A DNA stretch of 64,000 bases. It comes from Klebsormidium nitens (taxonomy: Eukaryota > Plantae > Klebsormidiophyceae). The stretch is from NCBI GenBank assembly GCA_000708835.1, contig DF237073.1, positions 86,752-150,751 of the forward strand, read 5' to 3'. A model generated the notes under the pieces. It ran no database searches, had not been told where the DNA came from, and saw only the letters and a program-made list of their open reading frames with translations. A program made the position numbers and the translations under genes. This document shows, one piece after another, positions 24,439 to 46,480 of the stretch (its first letter is position 1; each line of letters opens with the position of its first letter).

Positions 24439-25611
24439 TTCAGAAGCGGTTTTCTGCACATATCCTGTCTTACTGAACCCCATCGAAGGCAGCAGTCGCA
24501 TTTTGATTTGGATCCGAGGAGGTCCTTGCAGCCCTGAAAACCTTCGATTTTGGCCAAAAAGAGCAAGAAAACTTGATGGATCGGCGATCGGCGTAGACTG
24601 GAACAGGATAACAAATAAACCAATCCACTTCTAGCTCGGCCCGATCCACTTCTGGACCCAATTCGGTTCTGGGGCTCGTACTGTAAGCTAAAAGTGCGTA
24701 TTCGACCGTGCCAGCTTGGTAATGCTCCCTGCACTTTCCCGCGAAAACCTGACAGCTTGACACCATTAGCGTCTGACGTGGGGCCGCGTGGCAGCACGCA
24801 GGAGCTTTTGAAGCACGTGGTCCACATGGTCAATTGCTTCAGCCAATCATATTCCTCCCGGGTGAATCTTCCGGACAGAGGTGTGACGTCTTCCGACCTG
24901 GCATGACGACGGCACGGCGGCAGCCATGGCGGGGGCCTCTTTTGAAGAGTGACGCGTCCAGGAATGTCCTGACAGTGAAAGACTTTCTTCCAAGTTCCAA
25001 GCTTCCAAGCTTTCGTCTTAGAAGCTTGCGCGTCACTGAATCATATCAATTGGCCGGTATGCGGCATTGTAACGAAAGTTCTCAACAGTGCTGCATTTGA
25101 GAAGAAGATGACCTATGCATCCAGCACCGTTGGTTACACACTACTCAGAGTAGTGTAATTGCAGCCATTCATGTTTCCAAGGCAATTCCAGAGAGATTAT
25201 ATTAGTCGTTGATTGTTGCCTTTGATGTCATTCAAGCTCGCATTCCTCGCCGGTCCAGCTTTGAAAAGCAGCGCCAGAGCAGCCTCGACAGTGAGCGCAA
25301 ATTGGAGGTCACTTCCATCTCTTTACGCTAGGTGCCGCGCATTGTCGCAGCACTCGCTCATCAACCCTGCCATTCTGTGCATGGCCCTTGAAGTTACTCA
25401 CTTCTACAGCGTACATTCTTCTGAACTGTTCAACTGCAACAGGCCTTCTCTGTTGATCCAAAGCCAATTCGACCCGCTCTTCCGTTGCTCAGCTCAACCC
25501 AGGATTGGACACAGACCAATCTCCACAGAGACAAGGCTTGCAAACAGATCACATCAGGTGCTGTCCAAGCCTCCAACAAGTGGACGACCCTTTACAGCAA
25601 GTGCTGATAAC

Positions 25612-28600
25612 ATGGGTGCCTCCCAAGATGCCGCCCTTGCTCCCAGTTCTGGCGTGAAAGACGCAGTGGCAAAGCTGCGGGAATTCATCGGGACAAACGA
25701 GAAGACGGACCCAGGTGTGCTTTCAGCAAAAATGTGAATTGCGTGCTCAATCACAGTTCATCCATCTTTTGGCTTTTATATACTCGAAGTGCCTCCGTAC
25801 ACGCACTAAAGTTGGTTGCTTGATAAACGTTAGACAAAGGCATGGCTCTGTTTGTATGAGCAAGCCCATTGGGGCTAAAACAGCCTGTGAAGCGCTTGTA
25901 AGGCAGATTCTGGCAGCATTGATATGAAGGGATTCAAGGACTAGCAGTTGCATAGCCAAATGAGCCCCCACACAAGCTTGTGTGCTGTTTGTCAACAAAA
26001 GCTTCTCAATGCAACCATCGCTTGGAGTAAATGCTTCGCGCCTCTCCGTGACCCGTACTCTAATCCAGGCCACCAAGCACCTTCCAGTTTCCTTGACATT
26101 TTCTTCCCCCTTTCCTTTCCTGGTTTCCTCTCTTCTTTGCTTCTGCAGGCGCCCATGGCGCCAGCTGGGTGACAGCGTCCGCAGCCGTTGGCTCCATTCT
26201 AGTTCTTCTCTTGGCTGCCCGCTTGGCAGGCCTGGCCGGTCGAAACTTGACCCCAGCCCCTGGTACAGATACAAGAACTTTGTACCAGTGATAAGGTCTT
26301 ACAGCGTCGAGGCACTCGAGAGGCCAGATTGAGCTAGTTTGGGGGTTAGGGTGGTCTGAGATGCGGAGCATGTCATGATGTTTGTTGAGGTTCAAGTGTC
26401 CGTTTACGAGGAGATTCTGCTTTGTCGATTGTGCTAAAGGGTATGGCTATCTGGTGCAGGGAGCGGGTGGGAGAAATCGTGGCAGGCGGGGACAACGCCC
26501 TGGGACATGGGTGATGTCACGCCCGTGCTGGCGCAGATGATCGCCAAGGGAGAGGTGCCCACCGGGCGCGCGCTTGTACCAGGCTGCGGTTCGGTGAGTC
26601 GCTTGCTTTGTCTTGTCGATTTGAGAATGGTCTTTTGTTCTTTCGCTTTGGCATGGTTGGGCAATGTCGAATGGGCTTTCATTTGTTCCACTTATGGGGA
26701 TTGGGCGAGGGCAAGGGTGGCGTGAACTTGGGAATGGGAAGCTTAGAACGATCGTCAAGTTTGGAGGAACCAGCTGGAAATCTGGTTATGTATGATATGA
26801 AACTTGATTGCAAGCTTGTTCCTGATGCTGTAGATCCAGGACAAGGCTTTCATATGTCAGTAGGTATAAATAAGCCCGACAGACATCACCGTTGGTCCCT
26901 GCCGATGGTTCCATTGTTGACAGTTCCGCTTCGAAATCTCTATCCCTCAATCGCCTTCGGTTAAAACGTGTGAGGTTGTTGAAGTCCACCGGGCAGCCAC
27001 CCGACTGTTGTTTTTGCATTTGATATCTGTGTAGATGTGCTGGGTCATGTAGGGGGATCCCCCCGTATCAGGTCCTTTTAGAACGATGAAAATTTTCCCA
27101 TCACAATCTGCATATCCTGGCGCTTGCTGGGCCAGAACGTCATCTGGTGAAAGCGAATGGCCAAAGCCTAAATAGTTCTCGACGAGGATGTAGTCACCAC
27201 TGAGCTTTGCTTGCTCTCCCAAAACCGCAGGGCTACGACGTTCTGGCGCTAGCGAGCCCCGAGCGTCACGTGGTCGGTCTCGACATCTCCCGCACTGCGA
27301 ATGAGAAAGCAAAGCGGCACCAAGAGGCCCAGCAGGTTCCTGCATCGCAGGCAGAGTTTGTTGTTGCGGACTTCTTCACGTGGGAGCCGGAAGCGCCATT
27401 TGACGTCATCTTCGATTACACGTGAGGGAAAGCATTCTCTGAAACGTCTGGCTGGGTCGAGCATCGTTTGTTTTTCGCTTCTGAAGAATGACCCTAGATT
27501 CTTTCGCTTGAGTCGCGGTGTGCAGAGTTTGTGACACCGGATTCGACGTTGAGGTTTAGATTGTCAATCGTATCTCCTTGGGCACGCACGTTTACCAACC
27601 AGCAGATTATTTCATCCCGGTAGTGGTGGAGCCCGATCTCGATAACATTGCTTGAATCGATACGTTGACGTGAGTACTTTTGGAAGTCACCTCATCATGC
27701 CTTTCGGATGCCGTCTTTGCCTTTCGATCCACAGGCCACGCGTTCGATGTTCAAAGTCACCGCATTGATGTTCGCCCTTAATTCCATCTCCCTATTGATT
27801 GAGGATACCATCATCTATTCGCCGCCCTTCCTACTTGCGGCCCTTCTTAAAACCCCGCCCGAAAGTCCTCCCGAACGATTCCGCAAACGTCCCCCTTCCC
27901 CGTGCTTTCGAACCGTCCAGGACTCTATATCTCTGATAGATTTCCTCATCTGTTGCCCGAGTCTGAACCCCCTCCTCTGTTTATGTCACAGCTTCTTTTG
28001 CGCCTTGGAGCCTGACCTCCGCCAGGCCTGGGCGCAACGCATGGCGCAGCTCCTCGCGCCGGCGGGTCAGCTAATTACGCTCGTCTTTCCGGTGAGTCTG
28101 CTGACGCTGAAAGTCCTCAATTAACAAAAGTGTAGCATTTGCGTACAAAGCCATGCACGGGGACGGCTGTGGTTGGGGTGGGCCTGGGGTTGGTTCAGTC
28201 ACTGCAAACTTGTTACATTCTTATCTACACGGGAGGGTTTAGTGTAAGCTCGCTCTTTCGCCGCAACGATACCTATCTCAAGATCCTGAACAACCTCCCG
28301 TCTTTCAGTCCCCTCTGAGTGCTGAGTGCTGATGGAAGACAGACACTATGCATCCGCTGGCGAATCTCGCTAATTTGCCCCTGCTTCTCTTTTCGTCATG
28401 TGCTGCTGCCGATATTTGTGTGCTGCTCTGCTCTGCTCCAACATATCAGTGGTGCTGCCTCAGTTGAACCTTATCTCTCTGATGACGATCTGCAAAGACT
28501 TTTACTTGTGAGTGTTTTGGACCGCAAACAACGTCGGTTTACAAGTACGACAGAATCGGCTAGACCCGGCTAGAACCGGCCTGCCTTGCCTCGGCCTAAT

Positions 28601-29477
28601 TTTTGACTCTTTGCTGCAGATTGACGACCACTCAGGAGGGCCCCCCTTCGCTGTTAACATGGATATGTAAGCCGCAAGCCGCACTTCACGCAAGCGTTCT
28701 GAACCGCAGTTTGATTGGTCCGTTCCTCTTCCGCACATTGCCTGGCAAGATCGGGGAAACTCAAAAGGCAGGGACGATTGCAAGTCTCCTCAAGCAAGAC
28801 GAAAAAAGGAGTCCATCGTTCTCTCGTCAAGGCGTACGTGTGACTTTACCATCGGCGGTCCTCCCAAACCTTCTCGAGCCCTGCGAGATGTGACGAGACT
28901 TTATTGTTTGGCTGCTTTTTCCGCAAATCCTGCACTGGATTGTTTTCACTGGATTGTTTTCACTAGGTTTTGGTTGTCCTGCAGTTATAAGAAAATGCTG
29001 GTGCCCGCTGGCTTCGTGTTGACCCGCGAAGAGGAGGTGACAAACAGCGTACGAGGGAGACAGGTGAGACGAAAGCAAATTCAACTTTCAATCCAGGCCG
29101 TTCGACGACTGTGATGCAACTTAAGGACGGCCCAGATGCGGCCAGGCTCTGAACCTAGAACGAACACGGATCAGGCGGCCCGGGTACGTAGGAGCCGCTT
29201 GTCGTCGCGAGCTCGAGACATCAACCGTTTGTCGTTCTAGTTGCTCATGCGTCCGTTGCTCCAGAAGCATACCACGTGATGGATAACTTCTGAGGAACAC
29301 GTGCTGACCACTTCTGCAAACAGCGCCGCCTGCGTTGCTGTTCCTAGGTTGGAAACAGATAATGAATGGTTAAAGCTCCGGGAGAGGAATGATGTTTACG
29401 AAGATTCCCGTGCTGATCTTTTGCAGGGCAAGGAGCGTCTGGCCATCTGGGAGAAGAAGGCGTCAGGCAAGATGTGA
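25612..29477 (+). CDS. HOL: SAM-dependent thiol/halide methyltransferase (HOL / TPMT family, ~234 aa core)
   Basis: Exons 25612-25714, 26460-26593, 27231-27421, 27992-28091, 28620-28666, 28985-29063, 29427-29477. Motifs GWEKSW..G.TPWD.G, GRALVPGCGSGYDV, VVGLDIS, DFFTW, FDVIFDYTFFCALEP, GGPPF, GKERLAIW. An in-frame upstream extension from ATG 25225 is possible. Confidence 0.94.
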
Positions 29478-30359
29478 TTTTCAGTGACCAAGGTCTGCAA
29501 GGTCTCTTCTTAAGTACATTGATAAAAGTAGGATATCAACGTAGAACTCCTGCAAGTCATGAGCGCATGGACGTTTTGCAAGGCAGAAAGTAGGTTATCA
29601 TCTCACGTTGCTGATAGGATCTTGAGGACGGAGGCGTTGCTCATCAACCGTTGCTAGGTATACTTGGCAGACTTTCTTGTGGGGTATAATCACACATAAC
29701 AACTTGTCAACTTGAAGTCGTGCAACACACTGCCGTTGACGCGCCATCTTGGTCCAATTCACTGAGTATATACAGTAATCGAATTCACCGCAGCATACAA
29801 TATTTGTACGATCGACCCACCAGCATGACTGATTGAGATTTGCTGGCAGCAGACGTATGCACTGCTATGTGCTTCCGTGTGCCTGCATGTGGCTCAGTGG
29901 CCTTCTGAAGCTAGCGCGTGTACAGTTCACACTTTTGAAGTGACATGGTATTATATAGAAGCAATTTAATACGTTCAGTGGACGTGCAAATGGCCCAACA
30001 CACCTGATCGACTACACATGCATGCATACAGCTGTCAACCCGCTGACATGATACGCTTGCATGTGCCACCTACTGTAGGAAGTGGTAATCAGCTTATATA
30101 TGGAGTTGCATGGGCCGAGTCCAATCCACTGCCGATTGCAAAGTCGGCCACACTGCATGGAGTCGCAGCGCCAAACCCCTTGCAACAGATTCTCCATGAA
30201 GCACAGCTCAATTCAAGTTTTGAAGCACACCTTCTTGGATAAACCTGATTCACGAAACCACTTGCTGACGCAATCACCATCATCAGCAGGGTCACTTGTA
30301 TTCAATATCAATGATCACATCCAAAGTCCGCCCAAGAGCCCGTCCTTCCGAAACTTCTT

Positions 30360-32762
30360 CTATGACAACTTAACCTGAACGTCGACCCCTGCCGGCAGGT
30401 TTAACTGCATGAGCGCGTCAACGGCCTGTGCGGTCGGGTTGATCAGCTCTATAAGCCGTCTGTGCGTCCGCAGCTCAAACTGCTCCCGTGCATCCTTGTT
30501 GACGTGAGGTGACGTCAACACCGTCCACCGCCGACGCCGCGTTGGCAACCGGATGGGTCCCGCGGCCTTGGTCTCGGTGCTCTTAGCGGCCTCCATGATC
30601 TGGTTGGTTGCCTCCTCAATACGGGGCACCCAGTACGAGCGCAGCTTGATCTTAATCTTCTGCTCGTTCTTCCGGGGCTGGCGGGGCCGCTTCCCGTCCG
30701 TCTCCTGAAATCAGAATACGTTGCTCAATGACAGGTTTGGGGTAAGATTTACGAAGAGGAAGCGGCAAACCACTGACCGAGACAGCGACAAGAAACGGAT
30801 AAGCACCACCATTGCTCGATGTTTTGCTGGCGAACAGTGTCCAGGATGATGATCAGGGACGTTCTTTACAGTCGTCCAAAGACAACACACACCAGATTCC
30901 GCAAGGATCTGCCAATATGGCAGTGATGTTGTGCTTCAAAGCTGGCATCACAAACAAAAGTGTGTCTCGTTCCCCCTTCCCACGGCATTGCCTTGATCCA
31001 CACCAATCAAGCTTGAATACGACAGGCCTACGAAGCAAGCCACTCACCGGGAACATCGTGGGGATCTCGCCAACCCACTCCTCGTCCCCTGCCAACTCGT
31101 CCGCAACCGACCTCACTGCGTCCTCATCCTCGGCAACTTCTGCAACGGCCCGCACTGGGCCGGCGACCCGAGGCAACTGCCGCCGAGAGGGGAGCTTTGC
31201 TGCGCTCCTCAGGACATTTGCGGTGCAAGAAGGCCTCACCAACTGCAGACAAGGTTGGATTGGGCTCGTTCTTCTGGGGGTATTCTGGTGAGGTGCGTTG
31301 CAGAAGCTGTTAGTGCAATGAAAGTGCAAAGAAGAGCCTTCAGAGTGGTGACATTTATGCGTACGGTTCGGCAAAGAAGAGCCTTCAGGGTGGTGAAGTT
31401 TATGCGTACGGTTCGGATGCTTTAGGCAGCCCCGTGCCTCTGCTTACCCTCTACACTAGTTGCTTGAATCAATGTGTTGCTTGTATGTCAGGCACCCTAC
31501 GATGATTTTAATCTGGTGCTTCTTCATCGAGTTTGCAAGAACAAAAAGTAAACAAAACTTGAGGCCTAATACCTCCTCAGAAGGATATGATACTCTGCAC
31601 AGAGTCCCCATCAAATGTGCACAATCCAGATGCAAAAATTGGAGAAAATCCCTTCACTTCAGGGACAACTTTTGTCACTCAACAGCTTATTGCAGATGGT
31701 GTTGAATAACACGCTCTGCAAGCTGCTAAGTCCAGCACACCACTTCCTATCGGGGCTTCTCATGCTTGTGGAACGTCCTCTCAGACAAATGCCTCGGTTG
31801 ACATCTGCGCCACCGGCCTTGCGACCAGTGGCTGGCCCCAAACCACCATCAGGATCCCAGCACAGAGCAGAACGCTCGATGCCAGGGCTGACCGCAGCCG
31901 GAGCCAGCTTTAGCTCAGTCTCGTCATCGTGGTCATCATTGAGGGTTTCCATGACCTTGTCTTAACGACCTTTCTTCAGAAGCATTGTCTCAAATCGGCG
32001 GAGTCTTCATGAGAGCAAAAGAAAATCAACGTACAGCAATGCTCATGCACTTGGTCAAAGGATGCTCTTGCCCAATGGGGCCTGCATTTTCCAAGCTCAA
32101 GTGCTGGATACGTCCCTCGTAAAACCCAAGAAAGTGCTCAAATACCATCGGTGATGGTAAGATTATCCGTACATCTCATTCGCATCCAGATTTTGCAGCG
32201 CTTCCACCCCTTGAGCAATCTCTGATGAGCATTGTGACAGCTGAACACGCAGCAAGTACAAATTAACACCCCGTTGCAGATATAGTTCACACCATTACCA
32301 AAAGGTTCTCTGCAGGTTCCTTATCAGCCCTTGACGTTGCTTGAACTCTTGCTAGAGGAGGTCATCCTTACCGTAGATGGCCAAAGGTAGCCAACCGTAT
32401 GCATCAGGAATTTAGAATGCGGGGCTTCACGAGCTTACACGCTCGTGAGCACTGAAAATGTGTCACACGCTTGTCACACGCTTGTCACACGCTCAAGATA
32501 ATGCCCGTGTCTATCACAATAAGGACGATCGGAAAAGTCTTGCAGTGACAGCCATTGTACACGGCGCGACAAACCCGTCTTTTCCTGCTTTCCTTTGGCA
32601 ACCCTAAATGCCAAAAGAGCAGAAGATGCAGACACTCCTCACCTGGCGAGGGACAAAGCTTGAAGCTGGGCCCTTCTGCCCACTCTGGCAAGGCCTTGTG
32701 TCCATAGTCCTCACCGAGCAGCGGACAGCCTGCACGGCCCCAGCGCATGCCGTTGAAGCCAT
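30360..32762 (-). CDS. RPS10: Plastid 30S ribosomal protein S10 precursor (uS10c, ~195 aa)
   Basis: Exons 32762-32715 (MASTACAGAVQAVRCS), 31242-31048, 30704-30360. Core KIKIKLRSYWVP...GPIRLPT...SPHVNKDAREQFELRTH.RLI...MQLNLPAGVDVQVKL; N-terminus is transit-peptide-like. Confidence 0.92.
31327..31416. repeat. Two-copy 45-bp tandem duplication (intronic)
   Basis: caaagaagagccttcag[a/g]gtggtga[ca/ag]tttatgcgtacggttcgg at 31327-31371 and 31372-31416. Confidence 0.9.
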
Positions 32763-33523
32763 TTTTCAAGAGCTATCCTACTCGCTTGTTTGCCAGGTGC
32801 AAAACTTCGTACAATCTGTCCCTCAGGATCTTTTACACCATTCGAAGCCACTCGCCCATCCCAGTATTACCAAACGCTAGGTCACGCTGGCAATCGCCCC
32901 AATGCGCCCTCCTCGCGCCCTGCACAATTGCAGCCACCTTCTCTGCGTAGAGTCGGTAGACTTGAACTAGCTGCAAGACTTCAAGTTCTAGCAGCCTTCG
33001 CCCCATTGTGCAACTAGGCCGAGGCAGCAAAATTGTAATGCGCACGTAAAGTAATGCGCTTTATGATCATATTATGTAGTCCTAATGCTGTATCCACCGT
33101 CCGCTTGATATCATGGACGGCTCTATGACAGCCACTTGTCAACGTCAACTTAGCAATAGCAGCCGTTGATTCAACCTACATCGCCATCGGAGTGTCGATG
33201 TGCAAAGCATGTAGGTAGCGCCACTCTCTGAACAGAGGAGTTGCCACTTGTGCTCGCTTCGATTCTGAGACTGAAGACCTTTCTGAATCTTCTGAATCTG
33301 AGAAACTCTCACAATTGGACCAGCAAAGGGGAGCTCTCATTGTTGCCCATCTAGCTAGGGCCCGGGGAGGTCATACTAATAGGGAGCATGTCCTAACTTG
33401 GCGTGCCTTGAATCCAGAATGCTTCCGTGTAAGGGTTGTTTCATCGTAATGCAAGGTTTCTAGGGACCCAAGCATTCTCCACCAGCTTTTCACCAGAATC
33501 AATTCCGGTTGCAAGGTGAGACT

Positions 33524-42912
<9,389 letters not shown>

Positions 42913-43835
42913 GGTGTTGAAGTTTGTGGGCAGAAGGTGGTTTAGCAAACCCGGTTCGAAGCAATAGTCCGAGAGAGGCACGGTCGAGCAGGCCGGCTTG
43001 GCTGCCCTTCAAGGTGCCCGTAGGAGAAGAAGGTAGTATCTGGTGTCGATGGGTTTACGGTACAAGGTTCCCTTGCTTGCTATAGCTAAAGCTTGTACTA
43101 TGCGCGCGCATAGAGAGCTCCAGTCTCTGACTTCCAATAAAACGTAACAGTCATTTCGGAGGTCTGTGCGAACCTTCCATGTACAATTAGCAAAGGATTG
43201 TTCAATAAGCTCGTTTTGAGTTGTTCACTGCATGCAGCCTGTGAATTCTGAAAGGAGACGAACTACCTGCTTGTCGGATTCAATTTGTTCACGCTGTTTT
43301 CGCATCGGGCTGCGAGGATTTTGCGCTAGCTGACTTCTTGTCTTCTCTTTAACTCTAACATAAAAGCATTGGCGGCCGCGCATGTGTGCGCATATTGGCT
43401 CGAAGAGGGTAGGTAGCTCGAGTTTTGCGCATGTGACCACGATTCGGTATAATTATTCACAAAACCTTATGCACATTCATATCACTTTCAAGTCGCGCAT
43501 TGTATACGGCCTTGTTGCTATAGCGCGCAGTTGCACTCGTTTCTGAGTCTTCGTTCGCAGACTCGCAGATACATATAAGATTAAGCACACGTCTTAGTAC
43601 GTATATCTAGTACCTCGTCGAAGTCGAGCGCTTCTGGAGATATCATTGTGATTATTATATGAGAACGTGACGGTGGTATCTACCTACAGAATTTATACCT
43701 CCCGCAACAACCGTTGTGAGCTAGAAATCTTAGAACCCACATTCGCCGCGACCATAAAGGCTCGGCGTCGGAGCACGGTCAACCGGAATCCCCATTGTGA
43801 GTGATTCATCTGGCATGTGCGAACATTTTCAAAGT

Positions 43836-45887
43836 CTACCCATTCACGCATTCGAGCACCTCGTATCGCAAGATTTTGATACCATCTTTAGGACCTCTCT
43901 CATACATCGCCGCAAAGAATGGCGCGCCGGTTCCTCGATTGGCTTTGTCAATATCAAAAAGGAATATAGCCTGCAGAAAATCAAAGGCACTCGCATCAGT
44001 TTGATAAGCTCCTTTAGCATGCGACTCCGAAGGCGTGTCAGAACTGCTTAGGGAGCGAAGCCGACTGAAGACTTGTTACTGGTTGGTATCTCAAGAGCGA
44101 GAGCCTGCCGGTGGCCCATGTCCACGTGGCGGTCCCATCGCGGCCGGGGCCACGTGGGCCACAAAGGCCACGCCTCTGATGCATGTGCTGGTGGTACGAC
44201 CTCGGCAAGGCCGCAGCCTGCAAAGGCTTCGGATCATCAATCGGCTGCGGTCGGAGTGCAGCAAACTCATTGAGAGAACGTTTGTGCATCTTTCACCTAT
44301 GGTCCATCTCCGCAGCGTCTGTTCTAGGCCGAGCCTGGTTTCGAAACGGAGCCTGACAAAGAGGAAGGGGGGGATGAGCGAGAAACTTGAGATAAGAAAC
44401 GCCCGGCATTCAAATCTGTCAAGGAGCCTTGAAGGCTGGTGTGTAAATGTTGGTTCGAGCGCAGGATGATATGGCCAGAAAGAACGAATGAGAGGAAAAG
44501 CGACTATCTTTGAAGTCGAAAGCGGTTCTGAGCCCTACGTACGCAGCACACGAATTGGAAATGTGTGGACGTGGAAAAGTGAACTGTACTGCTCCGCAAT
44601 TCTTAGAAGCTAGACTTACTATTCTTCGAGCAGGAGAAAAGCCTGAGCATCGAAGCTACGGCTGTATAAGGTTCAGAAGAGAAGAACCTCAAAACCGGAG
44701 AACTGTAGATCGGACAAACGATGCCCACCAAACCAGGTCTTAAAGCCGCCAAGCGGTATTGTTCACCTTTGTCGTGGCTTATAGTCTGAGAAGCTCGTAC
44801 ATCCTGACGAAGGATAATGGTATGGGGGAGCTCGTCAACGAACGCACCTGCCTTCATATGCTTCAAAATGCGTGGCTCCGTCTCTGCAAACTTGTCAGTA
44901 TCGATGCATCTTACTGGGCAGTCAGATAGTTGTCAACATATGCTTTCGCGAGAGTGAGATCAACCACAAAGGAAAGACCCAGAACCTGTCGCCTCCTCAA
45001 AGCCCATCTTAAATTCCGGGTGCCGAGAACATCAAATGGCTTTGAACGACCTTCTCAGCGGTATGTCAGGTTAAGATTGCTGCACACAGCAGTGCTTCCC
45101 TACCAATTTCTTCAAGGCTAGCAGATCTCAGCGCGGCCGCGAAAAAACGCCAAGACTGCAAAGTTGCACCGCTGCTGAACGGGAACGCACGTGGGCATCC
45201 TTTGCCGTTCAAGTTCGACTGCCACTGGTGTGTCAAATCCGGTGCGCTCAGACACGCTAAAGCTGGAAGGGCGGAGGGCCGAAGCTGAGATGTATTCTGG
45301 ACCGGGTGTGAGGGACGTCGCGGGGAGGCGCGCGGCGGCCGCGAGGAGCCCCTTGGCATCAACTCGCAGTACTGCTACCACACCTTGTTCGTCGAGCTAC
45401 CGAGATGCATACAAGTGGAGAGATGGAGTGAGAAGCGCCGGCGGTCCGGACCCAATTGAAGTTGTAGGCCTCTTCGAATTCACCAGCAACAATCCCCGCC
45501 CAGGAGATAAATTTTTTGATCTTGGCTCATGCGATGAACGTGCCGGCCAAGTGACACATATTACCATGCAGCTCCGATGAAGTTAAATAGCCGACGTATA
45601 TGAGATGAAGCTTTTGCCACACCTTCCGAAAAGGGCACACTATATTTCTGTCGCGAGGCTTTGAGCGAGGCAGGAAGCCCACATCATGCGTTGGCTTCCT
45701 TTAAGAGACGGTAGAAGAAAGAGGAAGAAGTGGAAGCGAGAGCTCCACGTTACATCCGGTACTCCTCGTCGGGGAATGGCGCGAGGTACCCGGTTGGACG
45801 GCCCCCCAACGCCGCGGCCGCCTTCAAGCTTGGTGATGCACCGTTGACCGGTCGTCCAGACTCACTTCCTTCGTTGTGGTTATCCAT
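43836..45887 (-). CDS. Multi-exon orphan protein of unknown function
   Basis: Five phase-consistent GT-AG exons: 45887-45754, 45647-45623, 45396-45191, 44883-44848, 44661-44620 (...FPDEEYRINIVCPFRKLDEQGVVAVLRVD...DGATHFEAYEGSRSFDAQAFLLLEE). A terminal-looking exon lies at 43970-43836 (AIFLFDIDK...YEVLECVNG*). The exons between them are unresolved. Confidence 0.55.
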
Positions 45888-46282
45888 TTCAACACGTGTT
45901 TCAAATTCCCCGACCGATCTCACAGTTTCATCATTGCATGTCAAAGTGGAGAAGCGGACAGAACTCTGCCCCGAGGCGCTTTTGCGACCCGGGATTTCAC
46001 GCCGGGGAGCAGGACTGCTTTTCTAGGCGCGCGCGCAAGCGCCAGGCCCTTTTCATAGCGCCTGATGATCCCCGGGAGCGCCATGCAACCTGCTCTGCGC
46101 CCCGTCCGTCTGCACCAGGGTATACTTATCAGAACCGCAGATGTCACATGTTGTCACACGTAGTCACAAATAGGCACAGTACAGACCTGATAATACGACG
46201 ACTTCAGTTATGTGAAGGCAGTGATTATTTGGTCGTACCTTGCCGGCCCCTGCATCCAGCAAGTCGGTGTGACTGTACGGCA

Positions 46283-46480
46283 CAGGGGTTCCAGCGGGGC
46301 GCCAAACGGGGCGCAGAGCGCCCCCGGGCAGCTTCTGGCAGCCCGGGGCGCGGAGCGCCCCGGCCCGGAGGGCCGCCCACGCCCGGGCCACGCGCGCTTA
46401 CTGCGTGGGCGCCCCAGGGTCCCGGCTGGGAGCCCCGGGGCGCCAAAGTTCTTCCGGGCAAAATCCTGCTAGAACCCCTG
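46283..46480. mobile_element. hAT-type non-autonomous MITE (198 bp)
   Basis: TIRs CAGGGGTTCCAGC (46283-46295) and GCTAGAACCCCTG (46468-46480) match at 12 of 13 positions. A perfect 8-bp TSD GTACGGCA lies at 46275-46282 and 46481-46488. An 8-bp TSD with a CAG-starting TIR is typical of hAT. The interior is very GC-rich. Confidence 0.88.

Noticed and set aside
22347-29372. Shared 14-mer AGATAATGAATGGT in ABP1 and HOL introns
   Set aside because: Several 14-mer matches are expected by chance at this length.
31659-32400. ORF METLNDDHDD... and other coding-like patches in RPS10 intron 1
   Set aside because: No recognisable motif and no consistent exon chain.
45450-45580. Plus-strand PRPGDKFFDLGS resembling a methyltransferase motif I
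   Set aside because: The GxG continuation is absent, and the region is better explained as an intron of the minus-strand orphan gene.
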